Position numbers and translations under genes: made by a program | Shown here: in pieces, positions 21,361 through 40,736 of the stretch | Layout: each line of letters begins with the position of its first letter | Position numbering within the stretch: the stretch's first letter is position 1 | From: Diadema antillarum | Taxonomy: Eukaryota | Direction of reading: 5' to 3' | DNA: 64,000 nt | Assembly (NCBI RefSeq): GCF_040938485.1 | Contig: NW_027271450.1 | Coordinates: 310,001 to 374,000, forward strand | The notes under the pieces: model-generated | The model's database searches: none | Told to the model about the DNA's origin: nothing | Seen by the model: only the letters and a program-made list of their open reading frames with translations

Positions 21361-23790
21361 ATTTCATCTAACATTGATAAAGTCATCGAGAAAGCACGAT
21401 ATACCACTTGCAGGGCCCAATGTGCATTACATCGCCACATAATAATATACATTGTGGAGAGCCTTTGGTATTAGTACCACTGCTTTCTTCTCAATGGAAA
21501 ACAGAACAATTCTTCAAGAAGGAGATTCATAGACATTTCTGATTGCACACAGATATGGCGCAGAATGGTACATTCTCATGTTCTTACCAGCCTGAATATG
21601 AAGCCCAGGCATGAATCTAATCCAGAAAGCACATGAAGACGCCCTCATTGCTCGGCCATTGCCCATGTCGAGTGAAAGTTTCTTATACTCCTGTTCGGGC
21701 ATGGTGTACTGTGGCCAATCCGGGTAGGCTGGGTTTTCTACCGGTTCGTTGGGGTTCCTGATTGATTCAAGAGTACAATGTGTAAGAAGTCGAGTTAGAT
21801 GTAATTTCCTCTTTAAAGTGATATTTCAACTGTTATTATTTAAAAGTATTTTCGTCAATGAGCTGAGTGAGACAATTAGATATTTTTAAACAATACTTTA
21901 AAAGGAAATATTCTTGCGTACCCGGATTTCACGAAGTTGGTCCAGTATCGCATGAACTCGATCGACATGAGTCGTTCTTCGTCAGTCTGCCCCACGAGAA
22001 TGTCAATGTAAGGGTTGAGTCCCCAGGCGAAGACATACTGCAGATCTTCGGCATGTGCTGCACCGAGCCACTTTGGAATCCCTCCATAGATAGACCAGGA
22101 GGGGTCATGGGTCATCTCATAGGCTAGCGGTACGTTGTGGCGCCAGCCGCTTCAAGAGCCCTCGCAAAGAACTCTGTAGAACAGGCGAACGTCTGGTCCG
22201 TTGCTAGGCGAATGAATCCGTCGAGTTGGTCGGCTGACTCGTCATCGGCGACGGTCCAGTCGATGTAATGCTGCTCTACGGAGGAGATCTCAATCGGCGT
22301 GTCGGTAAAGGGTAGGACATCAGGAAGCCACTGTCTGAAGACGGAGATGTTCATAACAGGAGGCTCGTAATCTCGAATGGAGCTTGGGAAGATGAAGAGA
22401 GCGACACTGGACATTTCATCCTCATTTGTACCATGTAAAGTCGGAACCACTTGGAACTGGCCGCGTCTAACCATATCAACCGGATTGTTGGGCAAAAAGT
22501 CGCCATCTACCACGGGAGCCGACAAAGCGCTATCACCCATCTAATGATAGAAAGAGAAACATTTCCTGAGGTGTACTTCAAATAAATTGAGATATTCATT
22601 TTAATGTCACATTGACCGACAGTAGCCTCAGAGTATCTGCACATATTGTATTGGAAGATTTCTTTGTCCACCTTCAGTCGCAGTGAATGATATTATTGTA
22701 CTGTTATTAGGCCTACTATAATCCGGGTAGGCAAGGAGTGTTCTACCGTGACAGAAATGTACAAAAATAGCGACTTCCAAACCAAGAACAATTTATTGGA
22801 AGGATGTATTCTCAACAAATGCTCAAGTGCAAGAGTAACAAGGACGTAAATGTCAAAATATTATTGGTCTATCATCTAGGTGATGCTTCATGTAGTAAAA
22901 TTAGACTTTCACTAAATGGGCTATCCATCCATCTTCTCAGATGGAAAATGAACAAATAAAGCAAAACAAAAGAAAGTTTTCCTCTGCGATCATGACAAGT
23001 CACCATTACTCAAGGAAATGAATTAGATCTGTAGTTATATACCGCTAGCCGCCTTCTTACTCTAAACTGCTCCAATATCAGGTCATTCATTTCCACGTTC
23101 CGCAAACAGTTCACCCTTGCTGCACTGTCTGTTTGGTTGCAGCCCACTCGTTCGGCCAACTGACGGTGCGCTTCGGTAGCCCGGCTGTTTGTTGTCCACG
23201 CCCAGGGACAGATCACATTTCCGCTCTCGGGAGAAGAAGGGTTAATAAAGACAGCGAATCAAAGTTAAATTCCTACATGGTAACAGTTGATTAATCTGGT
23301 AGTCCTTAAAAAGAAAAAAAAAATCTCCCAGTGATCTCCTTCGAATTTATCGTCACCCTGCTTTGTGACCCACGCCATAATCTTAAGAAGAGACTACCAC
23401 TACAAAGTCTATGTATATTCGCATACATTTGTAAACTTGCACTGTGCAGCGACTTAACAACTTTCAGTCTCAACCTTTCATATCTGAGGTGTTTCTCTCA
23501 CCCTCGCCGAACTTGCGTACCTCTAAAGAAAAAAGATGATTATAATAGTAGCTACTTACTAGTATATAGCGCACAGATCCACCTTTCGGTGCTCATGGCG
23601 CTTCAAAAAAAAAATGAAAAGAGAGATAATGCACATGTTCAAACATGACAAAGGAAAAATGGAAAATAACAAAAAACAAAAAAAAAACATACGAGATAAA
23701 AAATTCAATTGTTCCGAACAATATAGATTACAGTTATAGTCCTCAGTGTGATATAGGAACAGATGCATTTTAAGTTGGGATTTGATTTTA

Positions 23791-24081
<291 letters not shown>

Positions 24082-25855
24082 TCACGCCGTCATTTTGAGG
24101 AACTTAACTTCAAACTTTGACACAATGAGCTAGAAATCATGTCATATTACACATGTTATACGTAAATTTGGGACATGAACATAAAAGATCATCGGAGAAT
24201 ACGAAAAATGAACAGCCAAGATAATCATCGCATGATTTAAACTGTCGGATTTTTTACAATCATCGAGCCAATATCATGATCCCAATAAATTTTAGTTAAA
24301 TTTTAATTTTCTTGAAGACAATTCATTAATGGCTAGGGAATTAATTAATTGATTTTTAAAAAATGCCAGGGTGACCGCAGAAGAAAACTAATTATGAGGG
24401 ATGCAACTAGAGATGAAGTTTTTGAATGCTAATAGAAGCAATAAGCATAATATCAAATTCAATATTATAAAGAGTCGTTTTGTTTCAGAAAAAGCATAAT
24501 TAAAGAGACCACACAATGCAAATCCATGTTGATTTGTATTTAATTATAACACCTAATTTTCGCTCATACATTGTGGCCGAAAGAATATCGAAATACATGT
24601 ATGTGCCATATATCATTGTGAGGAAATACATAGTAGAATATCATTATGAAATATATGACACGGATTTAGATATTCATTTGGCCACAGTCGTCATAGTTGA
24701 TGTTGAGCGTATCATGAACCAACATAAGTCAACAGTCGTTTATATTTAGATTAAGCTAAAAGGGAGGAAAATAAGCTATGAAATTAAGATATTAAGAATA
24801 GTCGTGCTCACCTTCGATGTTATCCTGAACCCATTTTAATCCCATCACTTGGTCCATCATTCCTTGGTTTCCCGTCATTACGTCATCACCTGTTGGATAT
24901 ACCCCCAGCCATACAATAGTTCTGAGAACTCGAGTACTTCCGATCAAAACATATGAAATTACAATTTTCTATATACATTACAATACACTCTACCGTAAAG
25001 TTGCATCAACACACATGGACAAAATGGAGAAGTCGTACAGCTGTAAACTAAAAAATATTGAATAATGGACGCACAATAGTTATTGTCAAACAGTGTTAGC
25101 TACCATGATCTGAAGAACGCTTTAGCCAATATTATATCAGAGGTCTCGCAATGATGGTGAGAATGATGTCGTAGCATTTGCAAGGATAAACATGATCATG
25201 ATGACGCCGTCACAGAGAGAAAAAAAAATCAAACCCTCAAGAACATTATCATCCACAAACCCATCTGATCAGATTGAAGAATGGCGCTTCTCCTACGATT
25301 AGCACACCTACGCTGGTGTTACGTAAAGACAAGACTCTGGACTGAACAAGAGAAGGTGAGTTCTACTCCCGCGTGGCCTCGTACATTGTTTCCGTTTTAC
25401 TCAGTTCGTTGCTTTTTGGACTCACATGTCACAAATCAAAGAATGGCAATGGTTTGGTTATGATTAATGACAGGGTATTCTTGGACACCCAAAAGACCCT
25501 CTTGGAGCTCTCAGTGAAAAGTCCGAGGTGGGTAAGTATTTTAAAACAATAAATGAAATAGTATTCTTCAGTTGATGTTGAAAGTTAAAACAGAAAAACA
25601 AGAAATACCTGTAGTCAGGAACCCAAAGACGCCAAGGCGGTAATTGAGGTTCACAATAACAATGTCTGTGTACGCCACCAGTGGCATGGGCTGGTACATG
25701 AACGCCGACCCTGCACCGCCGTTGTAACCACCCCCGTGAATCCACACCATGACTGGTAAGAGAGAAGTTGGCTGAAAATAGCAATCGAGATGACATATAA
25801 CTTTTTTCGTGTTAATGATTTGTGTCTATACATATCCATCCCTCACTCTTACTCG

Positions 25856-25860
<5 letters not shown>

Positions 25861-25912
<52 letters not shown>
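25861..25912. repeat. (CA)n(CG)n(CA)n microsatellite
   Basis: Direct reading; alternating purine-pyrimidine tract. Confidence 0.95.
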
Positions 25913-27308
25913 TCAAAAATACATACATATTTGATTAGGTATATGCTTGCTCAGTAAGTAGATTACAATTGTAGAGGACTGAAGAAAATCAACTAAACAA
26001 TGCGCTCTTTCGTGTGTTTTTTTCTTTTTAAGGCAATTTTGAATCCCCATTTTCTATAAAAAAAAAATGATGATTCATTTGGTAATAACAATGAAGGTAT
26101 TAGGGACTTGCTCACAATGTATAAAGTATTTAAGACATGTTCGCGTTTAGCTGTAAGACATTCTTAATATATCTCCCCCAAGGATATACGGAAGGCGGAA
26201 TCTGATATCGCAGCTAGCTTTTCCATTTATACTGCTCTGGCAGTTTGCTATATCTGTATTTTGTATTTGTTTACATTCTGTAAAAAAAAAATAACAGAGT
26301 AAGAGTTGCGTATAATTCATAAACAGAACTGAAAATACTACTGGACTGCCCAACTCAGCTGACCCTACGAGAAAAGGTTATTTTACTTAATGATCCAGGT
26401 ACTGAAGTTGATGAAAAATGTAATTTCGGAATAAATGTCATCAAGTAAGTTGGTTTTAAATACACATAAAACTGAGCAGGATGCTTTGGTGCAGGGTCAT
26501 TATAACTGCAAACACCCCCCCCCCCCCCCAATAATTTAATGTTCTACGGCAGTAATGAGTCTTGGGTTGTAGTTAGGAAATGTTACCATTTGAGCTGAGG
26601 GTGTATACTCGCTATACTTCCTGCCCTTCATAGTTACCATGGTTACGATTAATCGACGTAATGAAGTAGTGGATAGATAAGAGAATGTTATTGTAGTTTT
26701 TTTTTTGAATTACACTTACCAAAGATGACAGTCATAGCTCTGCCGAACAGTGCATTAATTGACATGAACATACCACTGCAATATTGCTGACCATGCATGC
26801 TTAACTCACAAGTAATTGACAATCTGTTTTTGTCTGATTATTTCTCGACATAACTTGATACAGAAGGCATAATATACGAACAGCTTGAGCTCTTCAAAAA
26901 TCTTTGTCTTCTTTAGATCAAAGATGAGTTTTGCTAAAACACATTTTATCGGACACGATATAGGTTGGGTTTATTTATGAAAGAACATGTGTCGTCTGCA
27001 TAAAATGCATATGACAATATTATTCACTGGTTTTATATCACCATTTACATAAATCACACATAAAATCAACCATAAAATGGTGCCCGCTGTGAGACATCGT
27101 GGTGCATTATGACAAATCCGACAGCGAAGAAATCTTAGATGCTAAAATGTTTTAAAAAGATAGCTTTTTCACCATTTGAAGAACCTTTCTGGTTCATATT
27201 TTACATCATAATGAAAGGACCTACGGTATGGAATGCTTTCCTAAAAATCAATGAAGATGAAATAAGGTTCGTTGGCTCGAAATGCAAAGACGAAGCATCC
27301 TTAAAAAT

Positions 27309-27415
27309 CTTCGGAATTGTGAACATCATTTCCTTTTCGGATTAACAAACCTTCGAAATTACAAACTTTGTTTCATTTTCGGGTAAACAAATCTTCGGAA
27401 TAACGCACCTTCTGA
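27309..27415. repeat. TTCGGAATAACGAACC-type simple interspersed repeat
   Basis: Degenerate CTTCGGAAT(A/T)AC units; same family at 32531-32710. Confidence 0.65.
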
Positions 27416-28470
27416 ATGATGAATTATAATCAAACCAATTACATTACAACTTCTTTATTATGACTAAATTGTGGCAATATCTATACAGTCGACTTCCTAC
27501 CTTTGGTGACGGAGTGTAGACACTGAGATATAAGCAGTTCTCGTCGATATCCCTGCCGATCACGGGACCGACATCCGGGAGATTGTCCACGGGACTCGTC
27601 TGAGGACACATGCCGCGATGTTCTGTTGCGTTGTAGTCATGCTCGATCGTGTACGGCTGCGGGTCTTCAAACCGGAGATCGTCCACTGGAGGCACGGCGA
27701 AAGGGATGCCGAGATAGGAGTCGATGGGCTTGGTAAGATTGAGGAAGCCAGATTTATTATACAGCCTCGTGATGCCCGTTAGTGTTGCTCCAGATGGGAG
27801 GGTGACAGTTGGCGCGCCAATCGGTTCGGCGGAAGCTGCCTCCGTGCCAGTAATTAGACTCAGGGCGGCGCACGCGCTGAGAATCCAAATTCTTACTGAA
27901 GGCATACTCCTGAACAGTACTTCGTGAAATATTCGTTCCAAGAAGTACCTCTAATAAACGGTTGCTAAGAAAAACACCGGAATGCGTAAATTTGGTGCAG
28001 AAATACTGGCTGAACTAGGACCTACAAGTGTTGATAGTTCGACTATGGGTGGTAGATGACAATATACAGTTAGACGTCCTGTTCGCCTACCAGAGTTCGA
28101 AGATCATGCTCAGCCTCTTGACTCTGTTTAAAGGGCAATCTTTTACTTATCTTCATCTGATATTACCTTATTCATTTTAATCCTCATATCTCTCATGACA
28201 TGCACAACCTCTTCAGCTCTTAGAGATACGGGCGAAGACATTTTTTAGGCTTATATCAGATATCAGAATCAACCGTGTGAGCTAAGAAAACATTCTTGCC
28301 ATTATTTTATCTTTGTATATAAAGTAAACACTAAACTGTATCAAAACTTCGTACTGAGATTACCCATAATTATTAATAACCATTGCTCTAAAACAAAAAC
28401 AATTACAACAGCAACACCATCATCAACAACAGCTAAAGATGAACACAGTTCCTGAAAAATAAGGTTCACG

Positions 28471-28747
28471 GCTATCAGCGCTCATATGCAGAAAACGTTG
28501 CATGTGTGTGATTTTTTTTTCTGAACTATTAGTTTCGGCAACAAAGGGTTACGTACGTGCTATTCGAAGTATACACACGTACACTGTAAATACAGTTCGC
28601 AGCTATCAGTTTTGATATGCAGAAAACGTTGCATGTGTTTGAAATAAAAAATATTTGGTTTTCTTAACTATTACAGTAGTTTCGGTAACAAAGGTTTACG
28701 TATAGGCCTATACGTGCTATTTGAAGTATACCCACATGTACACTGTA
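28471..28747. repeat. Local tandem duplication (about 120-145 bp, two copies)
   Basis: GCTATCAG...ATATGCAGAAAACGTTGCATGTGT...TTTCGG.AACAAAG...CGTGCTATT.GAAGTATAC...GTACACTGTA at 28471-28588 and 28602-28747. Confidence 0.9.
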
Positions 28748-28955
28748 TGTATTGGTGTACAATTTCCGAGCAAAATCAAAGATGTGTGTTACAACGAAAT
28801 TTGTTGCCATCACTTATCGCGAGCTCACAAGTAAGAAAACAATCACAGTCAAATCTGATATAGACTTGACGTGGCGCTGAATATTGATCTAAGATTCTGC
28901 ACCACGTGATTTAGAGGAGACGCCTTGAATGTTTGAAGAGCAAAAATCTTCGGAC

Positions 28956-28959
28956 GTGT

Positions 28960-29005
<46 letters not shown>
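28956..29005. repeat. (GT)n microsatellite
   Basis: Direct reading. Confidence 0.95.
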
Positions 29006-29006
<1 letters not shown>

Positions 29007-29042
29007 ACCTTAATTGCGGCTAACCTACAGAATCCTGTCTGT

Positions 29043-29496
29043 GCCTGAGTCTGACTTCCCTGAATATTTTTTATTTTGCCCCTGACGAAGATTCTACCAG
29101 GGTCGGAACTCAGGCCTTCTTCGTCTAACCGAAATCTTGAAATGTGAAGGCTTCCGTGGCGTTAGAACGTTGGGTGTGCACCACGTATTCTTTTCTTGGG
29201 TATAATGTAATATAAATAATATATGGGGCCCTGAAAAGAGCCTAACCACTCCCGACTTTTCCCTTGAGAACGGCGAGAACATGCTTGCCGAAACGTCGGG
29301 AGTGGGTACGACCCTTTTCAGGGCGCGTAGCCAATAAAGAATACGTGGTGCACCTTTAAGCCTTCTACCACCCAATTATTGAAATTTTATTAGTCACATT
29401 TTTGCTACAGTGCTATACCTTTGGCTGGTTGCCGCCATATTGAATCGGCACATCAGAATTTTCCCTGAAGACAACATGGTCAAACTGTTCAATAAA
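29043..29496 (+). mobile_element. Penelope-like element terminal-repeat remnant with degenerate hammerhead-ribozyme motifs
   Basis: Three CTGANGA-like/stem/GAAAC-like motifs (29082-29109, 29263-29297, 29465-29485), two followed by AATAAA, inside nested inverted repeats (GTGCACCACGTATTCTTT / AAAGAATACGTGGTGCAC). Confidence 0.5.
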
Positions 29497-30354
29497 TCTA
29501 TTAACCAACTCGCTATCATAACATGCACTCTTATATGCACACCTTCATTACAAAACCTCACCCGAGGCTGCATGCAAAGTGTATTGTATTAAAATGCATC
29601 GAATCTGTACAGGCGGATAGCTCTTGCACTAAAGCCTTTAGAGGAAAGAAGATATGTACGCCTTATGGTAACTATATATGGATGCTGACTTTTCTGTTAA
29701 GTGTGTATCATCTGTCAGTCTGTGGTCATAGAAAATAGAATTAGAGCATAATAATTGCCAAGTTCTAATGTGCTGCCAATGACGGTAAAGATGTATAAAC
29801 TTGCAATTCATTTTGAAAATGTATACTCTGCCGATGTACATTTCAGTCGGAGATTGCATTGCAATGAAATATGTAATTTACAGTTTAAATTCAGACGCGA
29901 AGTGTAGACCTCATACTAATAACAGACCCATGGTTTCCATCTTTCTGTTTCTGTTCCATCCTTCTGATCCAAGTGGATAATCAGGAGGACCTTTTAATTG
30001 TTCTACGGAGCAATGTCATGACTGATTCGGTCTGTGTGCCGGTAACCATTCAAATACTCGCTTACATATTCTTACATACACATTCATATAGAAGCCTTTC
30101 TCTCGTTTTTTATTTTTCATTCATATTTTTTCATATCAGATGTATCAAACCAATGAATAGAATTGCATATGCCTATAGACACACAAATATTCATTCACAC
30201 ACTTTATGCCTGCCTGATGCATATACACGTATGCGAGCAAATACATACCTGCATACATAATACACACGTATTTTTTCTTTCTTGCTTTTCATGTAATATG
30301 TCTCACATGATTATCATGATCAGAAAAAAACTTTTATTCGCGCAAACTAAGAAT

Positions 30355-31020
30355 AAGTTTCAAGTTTAAAGTTTCTTTATTTCACCAAGCAAAGAAGATA
30401 TAAAAACAAACAAACACATACAACAACATTAGAATACAATTACAAAAATATCAGTTAAACAGTGTAAAGGAATTGCTATGGTAGGCAGCAGCCAGAAAGG
30501 AAATGTCCCTTATTTTCGGCTGACCTAAAAACATTCGTTAAATTTCTGTTACCAATGTGTTCGAAGCAAGTAAAACATAAGAACAAGACAAGACTAAGAC
30601 ATGACAATCAACACACAATGACAATAACAAAATACCTGATGTCTCATAACATAAAGGATAAAAACTGATACTCTTAACTTAAATGAATTTGGTTGTAATT
30701 ATTGAAGAGAATCTTTTTATAACCAGATTTAAATATATTCAAAGAGTTAGCATTGCGTATACAAAGGGGAGAGAATTCCACAGAATAGGACCACTGTAAA
30801 GAATAGATCGTTGATAAAAAGATGTACGAGATAAAGGTAGGTGAAAATCACTCGCGGTTCGCGTATTGTACTTATGAATTTGATTATTGTATGTGAAAAA
30901 GTCCAAAATAGTTTTTGGTAATATAAAATTCTTACATAAATGCATAAAAATCCCCACTTGGTATTTATACATGTCATTCAATTGCAATATTTTCAGGGAT
31001 AAAAAGAGTGGTGGGGTATA
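30355..31020 (-). mobile_element. 5'-truncated LINE (CR1/L2-clade, Crack/Daphne-like) 3' end
   Basis: Minus frame TPPLFLSLKILQLNDMYKYQVGIFMH...IHKYNTRTASDFHLP...SILYSGPILWNSLP is typical of the ORF2 C-terminus of this clade; followed by an AT-rich UTR, AATAAA and an (AAACTT)n tail. Confidence 0.75.
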
Positions 31021-31613
31021 AAACAAAAACAAACAAACAAACAAACAAACAAACAAACATCTTCGGCGAAGTGGGTGTAAACAGATTTGTCTGTGTCTCT
31101 GCGTAAGATACTGTCGTACACAACTTTGACAAAATTGAATCGTGATAAATTAGAAGCTTAGATCTTAGGATATTAGACAATATTCCCTCTAGTAGGTCCT
31201 GCAAGTCCACCTCAACCCCTCCATGTGGTTGGATGAAGCATGCACAATGAAGAGAAACTTTTTTTGTCTTCGTGTGGAGGAACATAGCGGCAACGGATAA
31301 CTTACTCTACTATACTTTATTCTACTTAGCTTGACAAGTAGATCCAACAATGATGTAGGACTGTGTCTTTCTGTTTATTGTCGATAGATTTACTTTTGCT
31401 TTTATGCTGCCCTTTGAAAATTAAATGTTCGGTGGAAGCGTATACCATACGTATGTGCGTCGACCTAAAACAGCTTCCTAGACATGCTCATATTACATTG
31501 AAATTTGTTTATCATTATATCACAACCTTTGCCTACGTCATTAAATCATGGAAGAGTTTGATCGACATTAAAAAAGAGAGAAACAAAATGAGAAAAAGAA
31601 TTGTGGAGAATTA

Positions 31614-38400
<6,787 letters not shown>

Positions 38401-39606
38401 ACTCTTGAATTCCCTGCTTCGGAAAGTATTTATGTCAGTAAATACAACCAATAATCGATTGGCGAGAAAAAAAAAACCCCGCACACATACAGTGGAAGTT
38501 GTGATTTCGGCACGGAAAGAGATGACCTTTTGTAGCGAGTGATTCTAAACTGATCCAAAAATTGATCTATGTCATACCACTAAGTAGAGTGTGCATCCTT
38601 CAGTACAAAAATGAACTAACACCGGTACAGCGAGTCGACGAAAGAGCGAACGGTATAAAGACTGCTATTGATTATGTTGCGATATATAGATAAGAATGAA
38701 ATAAACTTGAACTTGACGGTTTGAAAAGTTTGCTTCTATCCAGTCCAACTGGTAGCGAAGGTCACGTCTAATAATTGTTAACTTCAACCGCTCTAAATAA
38801 CTTATCTCTCAATCTGGGATTGATTAGGCTAATTAGTCTCCCTACCAGTGGAGTTTTTTTTTTTCCTCGGAGGCATGTGAAAAGATTTTTAAAGTCATGT
38901 TGCCACTTCATATATTTATACTTTGTTTACTAATTGATAATTTTCTCTTTCTTTTCAATTTTTGCAATATCATCTCTCAACTGGCCAAAAATCACTACAG
39001 TCTTTTATGTAATCCGACTGTATTTCCTAATCCCAATTTTATGTATCTTATAAGGGTTGATTATTCATTTAAGGTTTTATTTGATTTTCTGTTGTTAATA
39101 TTTTGCCGTCTAGCTCTCTTTTATAGCAGATTGTGATCCTCATTTTTGTATACTTTCAGTTAATGTTTTGTAGTTAGAAATACACAGGCATTGCACACAC
39201 ACGCACGCACACAAACGTGGAAAAATAAAGGAAAAAAAAGAACTTCCCTGCCCTCAGATTTTTATCGCTAATGAAAGGAGGGGGGGGGGGGGGTAACAAT
39301 GACCCTATAGATCCAACCAAGCACATATACAACCCCATCTCACATACAGCGAAAATTAAGTCATGCGGATAGGCCTATAGGATTACACTTCAGATACATT
39401 GGACACACAGTTACACTTTCAAGATCGAGACAAATTTTGCTTCGCTTTGCTATCTAAAGAAAACAAAATATATTGTAATTGTATTTCATAATGCGATTTC
39501 TATTTCAGTTACATTGATCGTGTACTTAGGACCTACAGAATAATTCGTTAATGACAATCCAGCGCCTGCAAAGTTGGCAATGCGACGAAGTAAGCTGGCA
39601 CCATTA

Positions 39607-40077
39607 TAGGGCTCACACCTGTAAATAAGATGGACTGTTCCAGACCCCTTCACAAATTCGTACCAAAGATACCAAAATAAATGAAGAAAAAAATTAATTA
39701 AAAATCAATGATGTAGTTTGCCAAAAAACTGAATAGTTGTAGATATTGAGTATAAATTCCTCTACAAACTGTATTTTGGTTGGAAGATGAAAGCTTTTCA
39801 GATGGAATTTGAGGGGACTATATTTCATTAGGTACGTGTACGGAAAATAGGTGATTTTTTGAGTGACAAGAACTCGTAGTCTGGCTTTGCGGACCCTTGG
39901 ACAGAATTAGAGCAGACCAACCCACCCTGGGAATTTGAGGGATGAAAGGGTATATCTCACTTATCCAGGTTAGTGCAGATGAAACACCTCATATCTCCCA
40001 GCTATTTTACAGAATTTTTTGAAATTTGAATTTTAACACACGTCTCTATGGGGAATTATTTACCCGTGTGAGCCCTA
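39607..40077. mobile_element. MITE with TAGGG...CCCTA termini at a TA target
   Basis: TAGGGCTCACACCTGTAAATAA ... TTATTTACCCGTGTGAGCCCTA (20/22 inverted match), flanked by TA on both sides; superfamily not assigned. Confidence 0.78.
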
Positions 40078-40615
40078 TAGCATGCTGCCGCTCACTGCTT
40101 CTCATGAAAAATAGAAATACAGCGCCACCTTTTGGTCATACTTTCATGATTGACATAGCACCCCAAGCACTTTTACAATTCTGTTTTATTATGTACACAT
40201 GATCATTGCTAGATTCCGTAATTAGTAATCACATAAATAATTTTCAGAGTTCCCATTTTCCCTACGATATAAGATAGCCTTGAGATGTGATAATAGCAAA
40301 CTCAAATTCAGTGAAACATTTCTTGTCGTAAAAGATCGCTGTGTATGATAATCAGTAATATTGTGCATTTAACCAAGGTTTTGCATTTACTTTCCCTGGA
40401 AGAAAATAATTAACTACTATATTGCTATTGCATTTTACTCGAAGCACTTTCTTTCTAACTTTATTTGATTCTGCTGCTGTCATTTGACAAACAAATAAAC
40501 AAACATATTGAATCTTACATTATAGGCCTATCCTTAGTTCGTAGATTCTCTTGCACGTATCAGTAAATAATGGCTGTTCAGGTACTTTCCTTGGGTGCAC
40601 GTCACGAAACCGACA

Positions 40616-40736
40616 CCCACGAGTCATACAGCCCACGAGTCATACAGCCCACGAGTCATACAGCCCACGAGTCATACAACTCACAAGTCATACAGCCCAT
40701 GAGTCATACAGATCACGAATCATACAGTCCATGAGT
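40616..40736. repeat. 16-bp minisatellite, about 7.5 copies
   Basis: Unit CCCACGAGTCATACAG, three perfect copies then degenerating copies. Confidence 0.92.

Noticed and set aside
27906-27941. Longer N-termini given by the ORF track for paralogs 3 (27941) and 4 (38484)
   Set aside because: They begin at TTG and GTG; the ATGs at 27905 and 38400 give aligned signal peptides.
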